Assembly: GCA_022750115.1 (NCBI GenBank)
Contig: JAKIWI010000001.1
Span: forward strand, 83,490 to 147,489
Direction: 5' to 3'
Length of the DNA stretch: 64,000 nucleotides
Source of the DNA: Thermoplasmata archaeon
GTDB taxonomy: Archaea; Thermoplasmatota; Thermoplasmata; Lutacidiplasmatales; UBA184
Position numbers and translations under genes: made by a program. The stretch's first letter is position 1; the number at the start of each line of letters is the position of its first letter. The notes beneath the pieces were generated by a model. The model ran no database searches. It saw only the letters and a list, made by a program, of their open reading frames with translations, and had not been told where the DNA came from. Positions 1-9,297 of this stretch are shown piece after piece.

Positions 1-80
1 CCGTCGATGTGGACGCGGAGGTTCCACAGGCCGTGCGTCATGGGGTGTTGCGGCCCCATGTTGATCCACATGTCAGACAT
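1..80 (-). CDS. nuoD: Complex I-like subunit D, N-terminus only (runs off the window edge)
   Basis: ATG at 80 reads MSDMWINMGPQHPMTHGLWNLRVHID, containing the NuoD GPQHP motif; overlaps the nuoC stop. Not in the ORF track. Confidence 0.9.
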   Translation of the reverse strand, partial: MSDMWINMGPQHPMTHGLWNLRVHID

Positions 81-549
81 GACGCACCTTCACCTCGAGC
101 TCCTCGGGCTCGTGCAGCTTGAACGCGCGCTGCAGCGGATGGAAATCGTAGCCGTCCGGCATGAGGAGATGCCGGAGGTCCGGGTGGTGGTCGAACCCGA
201 TACCGACGAGCTCCCACGCCTCGCGCTCGTGCCAGTTCGCGGACGGCCAGGTCGACGACGCGGTCTCGATGTGCGGCGCCTTCGCGTCGAGGTCGGCCGA
301 GAGGAGCAGGTAGGTCTTCGCGGTGTCCGACCAGAGCAGGTAGAACACCTCGTAGCGCTCGACCCAATCGATCCCGCCGACCGTCGAGAGGTGCGGGAAG
401 CCGAGGGCGTCGCGGACGATCGGAAACAGGGGGGCGGCAGAATCCGGGGAAAAGCGAACCCGAGCCGCGACCCCCGGGAACGGGTCGACCGAAAGGATAC
501 CGGGGGCGCCGGCACCCGTGAGCTTCGCCCGGACCTCGTCGGCGTCCAT
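73..549 (-). CDS. nuoC: Complex I-like subunit C
   Basis: WPSANWHEREAWELVGIGFDHHPDLRHLLMP...HPL is the NuoC signature; sits between nuoB and nuoD. Confidence 0.93.
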   Translation of the reverse strand: MDADEVRAKLTGAGAPGILSVDPFPGVAARVRFSPDSAAPLFPIVRDALGFPHLSTVGGIDWVERYEVFYLLWSDTAKTYLLLSADLDAKAPHIETASSTWPSANWHEREAWELVGIGFDHHPDLRHLLMPDGYDFHPLQRAFKLHEPEELEVKVRHV

Positions 550-585
550 CTCCGTCCCCCAGGTCCGGTCCGGCGCGGGCCGGGC

Positions 586-1203
586 CTACGCTCCGCGCTC
601 CCGGATCAGCTCTTCGAGTCGAAGGATTCCGTCGAGCATCGCTTCGGGCCGGGGCGGGCAGCCGGCGATGTACACATCGACGGGGACGAGCTTGTCGACG
701 CCCGGGACCACCGAATAGGCGGTGCGGAACGGTCCGCCGCCGGTCGCACAGTTCCCCATCGCGATCACCCACTTCGGCTCGGGCATCTGCTCGTAGAGGG
801 TGACGAGCTTGTGAGCGACCTTCCAGGTGACCGTCCCGTTGACGATCATCAGGTCGCACTGACGCGGCGAGGAGCGGGGTACGACTCCGAACCGCTCCGC
901 ATCCCAGCGGGCTCCGAACGCGGCGGCGAACTCGATGGCGCAGCAGGCGAGGCCCCAGTGGAGGGGGAACAACGAGTTGCGACCGGCCCAGTTGAAGAGC
1001 GGGCGGATCAGCGTCCCCTCGGCCTGCTCCTTGACGAGCGCGCTGAGCGCCTCCTTCGCCGCCGGCAGGAACTGTTGGGAGCGGAGCGCCTCGATCTCGA
1101 TGAACGAGACGTCGGGCGAAAGGACCGGTAGCTGGCCCCCGGGGCCGACGGCGGGAGCCATCGGCTTCGTCGCCGGGGGCACGGTGGGCTGGGCCGCGCT
1201 CAT
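586..1203 (-). CDS. nuoB: Complex I-like subunit B
   Basis: [34 protein letters not shown] and GCPPRPE motifs. Start placed at ATG 1203, which overlaps the nuoA stop. Confidence 0.95.
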   Translation of the reverse strand: MSAAQPTVPPATKPMAPAVGPGGQLPVLSPDVSFIEIEALRSQQFLPAAKEALSALVKEQAEGTLIRPLFNWAGRNSLFPLHWGLACCAIEFAAAFGARWDAERFGVVPRSSPRQCDLMIVNGTVTWKVAHKLVTLYEQMPEPKWVIAMGNCATGGGPFRTAYSVVPGVDKLVPVDVYIAGCPPRPEAMLDGILRLEELIRERGA

Positions 1204-1565
1204 ACGACCCACTTCTTCTCGCCCGACAGGGCGTAGTAGATCCCCGCGAGGGCGAGCGCGGTGAAGCCGACCGCGACGAGGATCGGGATCGCCGCGTCGT
1301 TGACGGTCCGGAACGTGAGAGCCCAGAGGGCCAGGACGAACCCGATCACGTCGACCGCGACGAACACGATCGCGAAGGTGTAGTGTTGCGTGGGGAAGTC
1401 GATCTGGGCCTCTCCTTCCGGCTCCTCCCCGCACTCGTACGTCGTGTATTGGAGGTAGGACTTGCGCGACTTGGCGCCGAACATTCGGTTCGCGATGATC
1501 GAACCGACCCCGAACGCGGTGGCGATCGCGCCGAAGACGAGGAACGTATCGATCCCGGCTCCCAT
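1200..1565 (-). CDS. nuoA: Complex I-like subunit A
   Basis: Three TM segments and a YECGE loop; first gene of the nuo operon. Confidence 0.92.
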   Translation of the reverse strand: MGAGIDTFLVFGAIATAFGVGSIIANRMFGAKSRKSYLQYTTYECGEEPEGEAQIDFPTQHYTFAIVFVAVDVIGFVLALWALTFRTVNDAAIPILVAVGFTALALAGIYYALSGEKKWVV

Positions 1566-1613
1566 CGACCCCTCCTTCGGCTCGCGCTAATCAATCCCAA
1601 CGACCTCGGCGCG

Positions 1614-1623
1614 TTATTTAAGC
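1614..1623. promoter_or_regulatory. Putative TATA box (TTATTTAAG) in the nuoA/GNAT divergent gap
   Basis: AT-rich island in a GC-rich intergenic region upstream of nuoA. Confidence 0.5.
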
Positions 1624-1701
1624 CCTGCCCGACGAGGCGCGGTTCCGAGGAGAAACGGGCCGCCCGGCCACCGTTATCCACGTCTCGGTCACGGTCGGCC
1701 A

Positions 1702-2334
1702 ATGGGCCCTGAGTTCCAGCCTCCGGTCACTCTGGAGGGCGCACGGATCCAGCTCGTCCCGCTCGACCCGGCCCACGCCCCAGCGTTGGTCCCGGTCGCT
1801 GCCGACCGCCAAGTGTTCGAGTTCCTGAGCTACGGCCCGTACGAGGGCGTGGAGGCCGTACGCGGCCACATTCACGAGCTGCTTCGCCGGCAAGCCCTCG
1901 GCACCGACCTCGCGTTCACGGTCGTCCGCCGACGCGACGGGGCGCCGGTCGGGATGACCCGGTACCTGAACATCGAGCGCGAGAACGAGGCGGTCGAGAT
2001 CGGGGGGACCTGGTTCGACCGCCGGTTTTGGCGAGGGCCCTACAACACCGAATCGAAACGTCTCCTCCTCGCCTATGCGTTCGAGGTCGAGCGGGTGCAT
2101 CGCGTCGCGATCCAGACCGACCTACGGAACGAGCGCAGTCAGCGGGCGATCGAACGCATCGGGGGTCGCCGCGAGGGCGTTCTGCGCGAGAACCGGATCG
2201 TCCGAGACGGCTACCGACGGTCGAGCGTCGTCTACTCCATCCTCGCGGAGGAGTGGCCGGAGCTCCGAACGCGGCTCGATGGCTGGATTTCGCGGTCGTG
2301 GGAAGAGCCCGCCGCGACTCCGTCTCGGTCGTGA
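1702..2334 (+). CDS. GNAT family (RimJ/RimL-like) N-acetyltransferase
   Basis: VEIGGTW...NTESKRLLLAYAFE...TDLRNERSQRAIERIG...EGVLR motifs. Confidence 0.9.
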   Translation: MGPEFQPPVTLEGARIQLVPLDPAHAPALVPVAADRQVFEFLSYGPYEGVEAVRGHIHELLRRQALGTDLAFTVVRRRDGAPVGMTRYLNIERENEAVEIGGTWFDRRFWRGPYNTESKRLLLAYAFEVERVHRVAIQTDLRNERSQRAIERIGGRREGVLRENRIVRDGYRRSSVVYSILAEEWPELRTRLDGWISRSWEEPAATPSRS

Positions 2335-2382
2335 CCCTCGCGCTGGCGGAAACCCCAGCGATTCGGTCCTCGACTCCGCCCG

Positions 2383-3393
2383 TTACGAGCCGGCTGCCAA
2401 ATCGGAAAACGCCCGGAGTGGGTGTCCGTGGGCGTATCGATACCGCAGCAGTCGCTCGAGGAGCGTCGGACCGTCGGCGGTCCAGTCCCAACTTTGGCTC
2501 AATCGGTCCACGTAGGGGATGTCGTCGAACCCGAGGTATCGGGTCATGCTCTCGTGGGCCCGGATGTCGGCCGCGATGCGCAATCGAGCTTCTCGGTCTC
2601 CGGGCGGGAGCGACTCCTCGTACCGCAGCCGAACCATGCCGTAGCTCCAGATGAAACGGGCCGACCGCGGGCTCAGGGTGGAGAGGCCATTCCGGACCGT
2701 CTCGGCCCCCAGCCGGACTCGGGCGGCGACCGGGGAGAGCGGGCGGAGGGTCCGGGGTCTCACCCCGCCATCGGCGGAGGGGACCGAATCCGACGCCGTG
2801 CCCGGGCCGGCCGACCCGGCCGAGCGAGCTTCCTCCGCGAACGGCCGTTCGTACGACTCGACCCCGACGTACCGGCGCGCACGGCCCCCTCCGGCAGAGT
2901 AGTCGCGAAAGTCGGCGCGATGAACGATCCGCTCGGCCCTCGGAAGGACACGAACCGTCCCTCGAATCCTCGGGTGGGCGTACGCCGGTGCGGCCGGGGC
3001 GTACGCGGCGGTTCGGAAGAGGCGAAGTTGCAGGGTGATGGTGCGCAACTGGGCTTCCCAACGGGGGACGAGGTAGGCATCCTCGGCTCCGAGGGATCGC
3101 AGTCGCGCGAGGAGGGCGTCGGAGACGTCCTCATCGGTGTCCAGTCGAAGGGTCCACTCCGACGACACATGCGCCACGCCGTACGGGTGGAATACGTCGG
3201 CATACCCAGTCGGTAGCACCCGCGAGACGTGAACGGGTACGGCCGTGGGTGCGCTCCCCCGCGTCGCCTCCCACTCGCGTGGGTCGGAGCTGTCGACGAC
3301 CACCACCTCGTCGACCGAACCAGCCAAGGAGCGAATCTGCTCCCATGCGGCGGGGAGGTCGTTCCGAGTGAAGAGCAGGAGCGCGACCCTCAT
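2383..3393 (-). CDS. Glycosyltransferase family 2 (WaaE/KdtX-like)
   Basis: VDEVVVVDSS and WTLRLDTDE (DxD) motifs. Start at ATG 3393 or GTG 3429, which has an upstream GGAGG. Confidence 0.7.
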   Translation of the reverse strand: MRVALLLFTRNDLPAAWEQIRSLAGSVDEVVVVDSSDPREWEATRGSAPTAVPVHVSRVLPTGYADVFHPYGVAHVSSEWTLRLDTDEDVSDALLARLRSLGAEDAYLVPRWEAQLRTITLQLRLFRTAAYAPAAPAYAHPRIRGTVRVLPRAERIVHRADFRDYSAGGGRARRYVGVESYERPFAEEARSAGSAGPGTASDSVPSADGGVRPRTLRPLSPVAARVRLGAETVRNGLSTLSPRSARFIWSYGMVRLRYEESLPPGDREARLRIAADIRAHESMTRYLGFDDIPYVDRLSQSWDWTADGPTLLERLLRYRYAHGHPLRAFSDLAAGS

Positions 3394-3455
3394 CGGCTTC
3401 GCGCCGAGGGCCCGGTCGGCGGTCGACACCTCGTAGTCCTCCGGCCCGCCCCGGC

Positions 3456-4250
3456 CTAGGTCGGCGGCCGGAACCTGGGGCGGCGCTTCTCTCGGAATGC
3501 CTGAATTCCTTCCGGTAGCTCGGGGCGTCGCGTGGCCTCGACCGCCCCGAGCCGCTCGTCCGCGAGCTGGCGCTCGAGCGGCCCGGAGAAGGCGGAGAGC
3601 AACAGTCGTTTCATCCATCCGTACGCGAACGTCGGACCCTCCGCGAGCTCCCGCGCGCGGGCCCAGGCGCGGTCGGAGAGCGACTCGGCGGAGACTACCT
3701 CGTGAACGAGTCCGAGCTCCCGGGCGTGCGCCGCGGGGATCTTGGCATTGGTGAACAGGAACTCCTGGGCGAGGCCGAGCCCGAGGTAGTGCGGGAGGAA
3801 GTACGTGAGCCCCCCATCGGGGACGGCGCCGAGGGCCGGGAACGCAGGCACGAGGGTCGCGCTGTCCACCGCGATCCGCCAGTCGGCGGCAAGTGCGAGC
3901 GACAGACCGCCTCCGGCGGCCACCCCGGGGAGCGCGGCCACGACGGGTTTCGGCATCCCGACGAGGGTTCGGACCGAGCGTTCCTGTTCTCCCGTGAGGT
4001 CATGAAAGAAGGTCGGGAGGGTGCCCGCGACCCGGGCCTCCTCCATCGCCGCGACGTCGCCGCCGGCGCAGAACGCCCGTCCGGACCCGGTCACGATGAC
4101 GGCCCGGACGGTCCCGTCGTGGGCGACCTCCTCGAGCGCGCGGCGGAACCGCTCGAACGATGGGACATCAAACGCGTTGAGCCGCTCCGGTCGATTCAGA
4201 CGCAGCTCGACGATGGGTCCGTCCCGCCGGAGAAGCAGTGTTTCGGGCAT
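3456..4250 (-). CDS. Enoyl-CoA hydratase/isomerase (PaaG-like crotonase)
   Basis: LNRPERLNAF, GRAFCAGGD, AAGGGLSLALAAD, PDGG and AFREKR motifs. Confidence 0.93.
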   Translation of the reverse strand: MPETLLLRRDGPIVELRLNRPERLNAFDVPSFERFRRALEEVAHDGTVRAVIVTGSGRAFCAGGDVAAMEEARVAGTLPTFFHDLTGEQERSVRTLVGMPKPVVAALPGVAAGGGLSLALAADWRIAVDSATLVPAFPALGAVPDGGLTYFLPHYLGLGLAQEFLFTNAKIPAAHARELGLVHEVVSAESLSDRAWARARELAEGPTFAYGWMKRLLLSAFSGPLERQLADERLGAVEATRRPELPEGIQAFREKRRPRFRPPT

Positions 4251-4317
4251 GGCGCCCGGGCGACGCTCGCACCGCGATTAAGCCGTTGGCGAAGGAGATC
4301 GGCCCGCCAAGGGCCCC

Positions 4318-4545
4318 CTAGTTCCCGTTCGGGTACAACTCGGAGATGAGGCGGAGCGAGCCCGGCGCAGAGTAGCCCGCCCGCGCGACGATCCGGTCCG
4401 CCGTCACGATCCGCTTGAACCCGACGAACGCATGGGTGACGAAGAACAGGTAGGAGTAGCGTTTCATCGTGAACGCGACGACCGCGCCCTGCGGTTCTAC
4501 GAGCACCTTGACCGTGTGGTGCTCCGAGATCCACTTCCGCCCCAT
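4318..4545 (-). CDS. Small hypothetical protein (75 aa)
   Basis: MGRKWISEHHTVKVLVEPQG... has non-shadow amino acid composition; TATA-like CCTATATC lies about 26-33 nt upstream. Confidence 0.55.
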   Translation of the reverse strand: MGRKWISEHHTVKVLVEPQGAVVAFTMKRYSYLFFVTHAFVGFKRIVTADRIVARAGYSAPGSLRLISELYPNGN

Positions 4546-5882
4546 CGAACCGCCGACGCCGGAGCGACGAGATATAGGCTTCCCGAATTCCCAGCCGCCC
4601 CGATCCCGGGCGGGGAGTGGGCGGCGGGGCTCCCGTCGGATGCGGCGGAGGCCGACCCGGCGTCGAGCGGGACAGGGCTCGGGAGGAACAGCGGGGGTGT
4701 GCGAGGCCCCCCGAACGCGAAGGCGCCGGTCAGCTCGGAGGCTCCCGCGACCCTGGGATTGAGGAACGGGAGCCCCCAGTTCTCGTCCACGAACTTCAGG
4801 AGCGCGGCCGGATCGAGCGGTTCGTCCAGGACGGTGCCCGACGGGGTCCAGGGAGAGAGTACGAGCAGTGGCACCCGGAATCCGTCGCCATCCGGGCCGG
4901 TCACGGGGGGCGTGACCGGGTCCCAGAATCCTCCCGCCTCGTCGAAGAACAGGAAGATCGCCGAAGAACTGCCCACCGGGCTCGCGAAGATCTCGTTGAC
5001 GACGGTCGCGCTCCAGTCGACCCCGAGCGTCACGTTTCCCTGAGGGTGCTCGCTCACGAGCGGGTCGTTCGACGGGTCGATGAAGGTCACGGCCGGGGCA
5101 TGGGAGAGATTCAACTGGTCGGGGAGCGCCCCGACGGGGACGATCCGATGGAGCTCGCACGGACTCGCCGCGATGGACGCGACCAGGTCCGGAGCCAGGT
5201 TCTGCGGAACTCCGGCGTAGTCGTAGGCCCAGCCGATGCCATAGCTCTCGAGTTGGTCAATGATCGTCGTGACGTGGAACGAGCCTCCCGGCGGGGGAGC
5301 GTCTCCGGTCCAGTTCCCGTCGGTGGCCGCGAGGTCGAACACCCGGTTGGGCAGTGTCGGGCCGAGTACTCCCGCGAAAAACCGGTCCGCGAGCGCGTAG
5401 TGGTCGGCGTACGCGCCGTACGGCGCGATGGCCGCAGGTGGGTAGTACCCAACCGCGTCGTTCGGTGCGCTCGCGCCGAGCGCGGACGCTTCGGCGACGA
5501 AGTTGTCGAGTTTCCCGCCGTTCAAGTCCATTATCTCGGCGTCGTGGGAGTGAGGGAGGTCGGGCGTGTTGTCCGCCGTGAGCGGAAACGGGGAGATTCG
5601 CTGAGTCGAGCCGAACGAGACGGGGAAGGACCCCGCGGGCGGGTAGCCGAGCACCCCGGGCCGGTCGCCGAAATAGTTCTCGAAGGCGTGGTTCTCCTTG
5701 ACCAGGAAGAAGACGTGCTGGATCGGCGACCGCGCGGAGGAGGATCCAATCTCCAGCGTGGGGCAGGTTGGCGGAAACTGGCTCGCGTGGATCCCGAGCA
5801 GTCCGGCTGTACCCGCCGCGATGAGGACGGCGAGCACGACGGCGCCCGCACCCTGGTAGCCCGCGCGTTCGTTCTCGATCAT
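4497..5882 (-). CDS. Exported phosphoesterase (phospholipase C/acid phosphatase family)
   Basis: HVFFLVKENHAFENYFG, GPTLPNR, SEHP, FDEAGGFWD and GFRVPLLVLSPW motifs; N-terminal TM/signal. ATG 5882 overlaps the upstream stop (ATGA). Confidence 0.9.
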   Translation of the reverse strand: MIENERAGYQGAGAVVLAVLIAAGTAGLLGIHASQFPPTCPTLEIGSSSARSPIQHVFFLVKENHAFENYFGDRPGVLGYPPAGSFPVSFGSTQRISPFPLTADNTPDLPHSHDAEIMDLNGGKLDNFVAEASALGASAPNDAVGYYPPAAIAPYGAYADHYALADRFFAGVLGPTLPNRVFDLAATDGNWTGDAPPPGGSFHVTTIIDQLESYGIGWAYDYAGVPQNLAPDLVASIAASPCELHRIVPVGALPDQLNLSHAPAVTFIDPSNDPLVSEHPQGNVTLGVDWSATVVNEIFASPVGSSSAIFLFFDEAGGFWDPVTPPVTGPDGDGFRVPLLVLSPWTPSGTVLDEPLDPAALLKFVDENWGLPFLNPRVAGASELTGAFAFGGPRTPPLFLPSPVPLDAGSASAASDGSPAAHSPPGIGAAGNSGSLYLVAPASAVRWGGSGSRSTTRSRCS

Positions 5883-7021
5883 TCCGACCGTCCCGATCTC
5901 TCGAAGACCGCGAGGAACTGATCGGCGAGCTCCACGAACGGCGGGCGCGATGCGACCCGCCGGTCCCACTGGTCGAGCCGGTCCCACCGAACCCCCCATC
6001 TCTCCAACTTCGCGGCGAGGTTGGGAGGGGGCAGGATCAAACCGAGCCCGAACACCGCGCGCAGCTGGAATCGAGTCGCGAATGCGGCCCGGACCTCCCC
6101 GATCGAACGGAGATACACGTCGGTCGAGAATCGATGGGACCCGACGGGCGAGGGTCGCCGGCGGCGCGCGATCGCGCGCCCGGGGTGTCCGCTCAGAGCC
6201 GCGGCGGCTGGCTCGACAAGCGCCCGCCGGTTGAACACACCGGCCACAAAGCGCGCGCCGGGGCGAAGCAGGTATCCTAGGCCATCGACGACCGGCGCGA
6301 GGTCGGGTTCGAGGTTCATCGCCCCGAACGTAGAGAATCCTCCGTCGAACGAACCCGCACCGAACTCGCGGACGAGGGTTCCCACGTCTCGGGCTCTCAA
6401 TTCGCGCGCGGCAAGCGCGTCGCCCAACGAATCGCGCGCGGCATTTTTCTCGAGTTCGTTGAGCATGGCTCGCGAGACATCGATGACGACGACCCGATGG
6501 CCCGCGCGCAACATGGGGATCGTCTCGGCGCCGCTCCCGCCACCGAGTTCGACGAGGCGCCCGGGCCGGGGGAACTCTCCCTGGAGCACCTCGAGTGAAC
6601 GTATCCGAAACCGACGTTCGACCGGGTTGCGATCGAGCCGCGCAGCGTACTCCGGCGCGGCGGAGTCAAACTCCGCCTGGACCCAGCGGCCATACGAGTC
6701 CCCCCGAGCCGAGGCTGCCTCCGGTCGAATTGCGATCAGGGGCCCTGGCGCGCCGAACCAGCGATCCGCCCGCGCAGCGCCCGCTCCGTCCCGGAACCGT
6801 CGGAGGACTCGCTCGCGAACGATCGAGTCGCTCACGAGGGAGGCGGACCCGTCGGTCCGTTCGCCGCTCTGGATCAGCGTGGCGCGACCCGCCCGAAGCA
6901 CCGCTGCGGGCCAGGTCGCCGTCGGCTCCGAGGCCAGGAGGTAGATGTTGGGGGGTTCGGATACGAACCGGAGCCGGACCCGTTCACGATCGGTCCAGAG
7001 CTCCAGCGTCTCATCGGGCAT
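5879..7021 (-). CDS. Class I SAM-dependent methyltransferase with an extra N-terminal domain
   Basis: LVELGGGSG, VIDVS, FDGGFSTFGAMN and LRPGARFV motifs. Start at ATG 7021 (MPDETL). Confidence 0.85.
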   Translation of the reverse strand: MPDETLELWTDRERVRLRFVSEPPNIYLLASEPTATWPAAVLRAGRATLIQSGERTDGSASLVSDSIVRERVLRRFRDGAGAARADRWFGAPGPLIAIRPEAASARGDSYGRWVQAEFDSAAPEYAARLDRNPVERRFRIRSLEVLQGEFPRPGRLVELGGGSGAETIPMLRAGHRVVVIDVSRAMLNELEKNAARDSLGDALAARELRARDVGTLVREFGAGSFDGGFSTFGAMNLEPDLAPVVDGLGYLLRPGARFVAGVFNRRALVEPAAAALSGHPGRAIARRRRPSPVGSHRFSTDVYLRSIGEVRAAFATRFQLRAVFGLGLILPPPNLAAKLERWGVRWDRLDQWDRRVASRPPFVELADQFLAVFERSGRSE

Positions 7022-7031
7022 GGCTCGGTGC

Positions 7032-8081
7032 TCATGCGAGAGCGCCCTCGTTCCGACGGCGCGCCCCCTCCGTACTCCCCGACCCGTCGCCCGTCCTGGG
7101 CGGACCAGGGATCCGTTCCGGCGAGTCGCCGCCCGTTCGTAGCTCACCGTCGGGCGGAACGTACGCCGTGCGCCAGACTCCGCTGCGGAGTTCCACCGTC
7201 TGCCCGCACGACCTGCACTCGAACACCCAGTCGGAATCCCCCTGCGGAGCCTCGATCGGCGCGTGGCAGCGCGGACAGGCGAGGATCTCACGGAGCGGAG
7301 GGAGGACTCCACCAATCGGCCCGATCCGGCGCGCGAGCAAGAATCGCGTCGGAAACAGGAAGGAGGCGGGAAAGACCGACGGAGCCCCCGCGGCCGATTC
7401 GCTCGCGAACCAAGGGGCGAATCGCTCGGGCCCTTCGGCGAATTCTCGCACGACCTCGAAACCCGCGGCCCGGACATCGCCGTGAACCTGACGGCGGGTC
7501 GAAACCACGATCGGGAACGGTTCCGGGACGCAGGCGACCGACGCGCGTCGGTCGAACGTGACGCGACCCGGGCGGCCGGCGAGGAACCGTCGGACATCCT
7601 GGTGGAACGTCGCGATCGTCGGCTTCGGGGCGTAGCTGAGCAACAGGAGACCCCCCGGGGCCAGGACGCGTCCGAGCTCGCGGAGGAACGCCGGAGCGTC
7701 GACGATGTGGTGGTGCACCCGTACCGAGACGACAACACGGAATGTCGCGTTCCCGAAGGGGAGATGGAAGAGATTGGCCACGGCGAGCAGCTCGGGCGGC
7801 CGGCCGCGGGTCGCTGCTACCGTGTCGCGTACCGACCCCAATTGCGTGGGGTCGAGGTCCACCCCGACGTACTCTTCCGTCAGCGATGCGAGTGCTCCGG
7901 AGAGTCGGCCGAAACCGGTGCCCGCTTCGAGGAGGCGCGAGCCCCCGCACCCCGCCAAGGCGCTCCGGATCAGTCGTACCTCGAGCCGGGTGACGGCCTC
8001 TCGGCCCGTCCAGAGCTGTCGGAAGTCGAAGCCCTCGTACGAGGTAGCCGTCTCGGCCAGCGGCGCCGCCGACGTCGTCAC
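7032..8081 (-). CDS. Class I SAM-dependent methyltransferase with a C-terminal Trm112-like zinc ribbon
   Basis: LLEAGTGFGR, HLPFGNATF and RVLAPGG motifs; C-terminal LACPRC...FECRSCG. Confidence 0.88.
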   Translation of the reverse strand: MTTSAAPLAETATSYEGFDFRQLWTGREAVTRLEVRLIRSALAGCGGSRLLEAGTGFGRLSGALASLTEEYVGVDLDPTQLGSVRDTVAATRGRPPELLAVANLFHLPFGNATFRVVVSVRVHHHIVDAPAFLRELGRVLAPGGLLLLSYAPKPTIATFHQDVRRFLAGRPGRVTFDRRASVACVPEPFPIVVSTRRQVHGDVRAAGFEVVREFAEGPERFAPWFASESAAGAPSVFPASFLFPTRFLLARRIGPIGGVLPPLREILACPRCHAPIEAPQGDSDWVFECRSCGQTVELRSGVWRTAYVPPDGELRTGGDSPERIPGPPRTGDGSGSTEGARRRNEGALA

Positions 8082-8165
8082 CTACTCCCAGCGACGGTCT
8101 CCGGGGTATTAATCCCCGGAGCGATTCTTGGCCCTCTCGGCTCGGGGGCGGAGGCCGATCGAACC

Positions 8166-9095
8166 ATGACACAACCCGTTCCGTTCGAGGAGGTGAGTGT
8201 GCTCATCGTCACGCACGAGCGCCCCCAACTCCTCCATGCGCTGCTCGAAAGCCTCGTCCAGCAGGCCGCGAACCGGTGGGCCCGCGTCGTGGTCGTGGAC
8301 GACTCGCACGAACCGTCTCCCGCGAACACGCGGTTTCCCGGCCTCGCGCTCGATTATCAGGTGCTCGCGGAGCGGGTCCACATCACGCGGGCGAAGAACC
8401 TCGGCCTGGCAGCGATCCAATCTCCGTTCGTCCTGATCATCGACGACGACAACACCGTGACCGATTCCACGTTCGAGCGGCCGCTCCGTCGCCTCGCCGA
8501 GGACTCGAAGCTCGGGGCGGTGATGCCCTCGGTGCTGTATCGTGACGTTCCCGACCTGGTCTGGGTCTACGCGACCCCGTTCCTTCGCGGTCGCTGGGGG
8601 TTCGACCTCGTGGGTCGAAACCGCGCTCGCGACCCCGCGCTCGAGGGACGCTCGCTCCCGACCGATGCACTTCCGAACGCGGCGTTCTTCCGGACCACAG
8701 CGCTCCAGTCGGTCAGGGGGTACGACGAGCGGTACCCCGTCAACAGTTCCGCGGACCTGTGCCAGCGCCTCAAGAAGGCGGGCTGGCGGGTCGAGGCCGA
8801 CACCGGCGCCTTCGTGCTGCACGCCGTCGAAGCGCCCGGACGCCCCGGCTACTGGGCCGCCCACACTTCGACGGACCCGGCGAGGACCTACCACGAGACG
8901 CGCGACTGGTTTCGGTTCGAGTACGCCATGCACGCGGGAGACCGGATTCTGACCCTCCGCGCGATCTACCACGCTTCCGGCTGGATCCTACCGCTCCTGT
9001 TGGCGCTCGCGATCCGAAGGGGAGCGAGCCGGAGGGCGACCACCGCGGCTCTCCTCCGAGGGGTCCGTGATGCTGTCCGAGCAAGGGCCGGTTGA
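8166..9095 (+). CDS. Glycosyltransferase family 2
   Basis: VSVLIVTHER, VVVVDD, AKNLGL and LIIDDDN motifs. ATG at 8166; TATTAAT lies in the divergent gap. Confidence 0.88.
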   Translation: MTQPVPFEEVSVLIVTHERPQLLHALLESLVQQAANRWARVVVVDDSHEPSPANTRFPGLALDYQVLAERVHITRAKNLGLAAIQSPFVLIIDDDNTVTDSTFERPLRRLAEDSKLGAVMPSVLYRDVPDLVWVYATPFLRGRWGFDLVGRNRARDPALEGRSLPTDALPNAAFFRTTALQSVRGYDERYPVNSSADLCQRLKKAGWRVEADTGAFVLHAVEAPGRPGYWAAHTSTDPARTYHETRDWFRFEYAMHAGDRILTLRAIYHASGWILPLLLALAIRRGASRRATTAALLRGVRDAVRARAG

Positions 9096-9297
9096 ACGTG
9101 GCTGTCGGCGGCTTCGATAAGGGCGGCCTGGAAACGGGGCGGCACGACGCGCAGCCCGCCGAGACCGGGGCGCGAAGCGGCGCAACCCCGGCCCCCCCGA
9201 GAGGCCGGGTGCGGCCCGGCGGTCCACGGAACCTGCGGCTTCTTCTCAGATTCGGGAACGGCGAACGCCGCCATATATGGTCCCCCGGCTCGGGACG

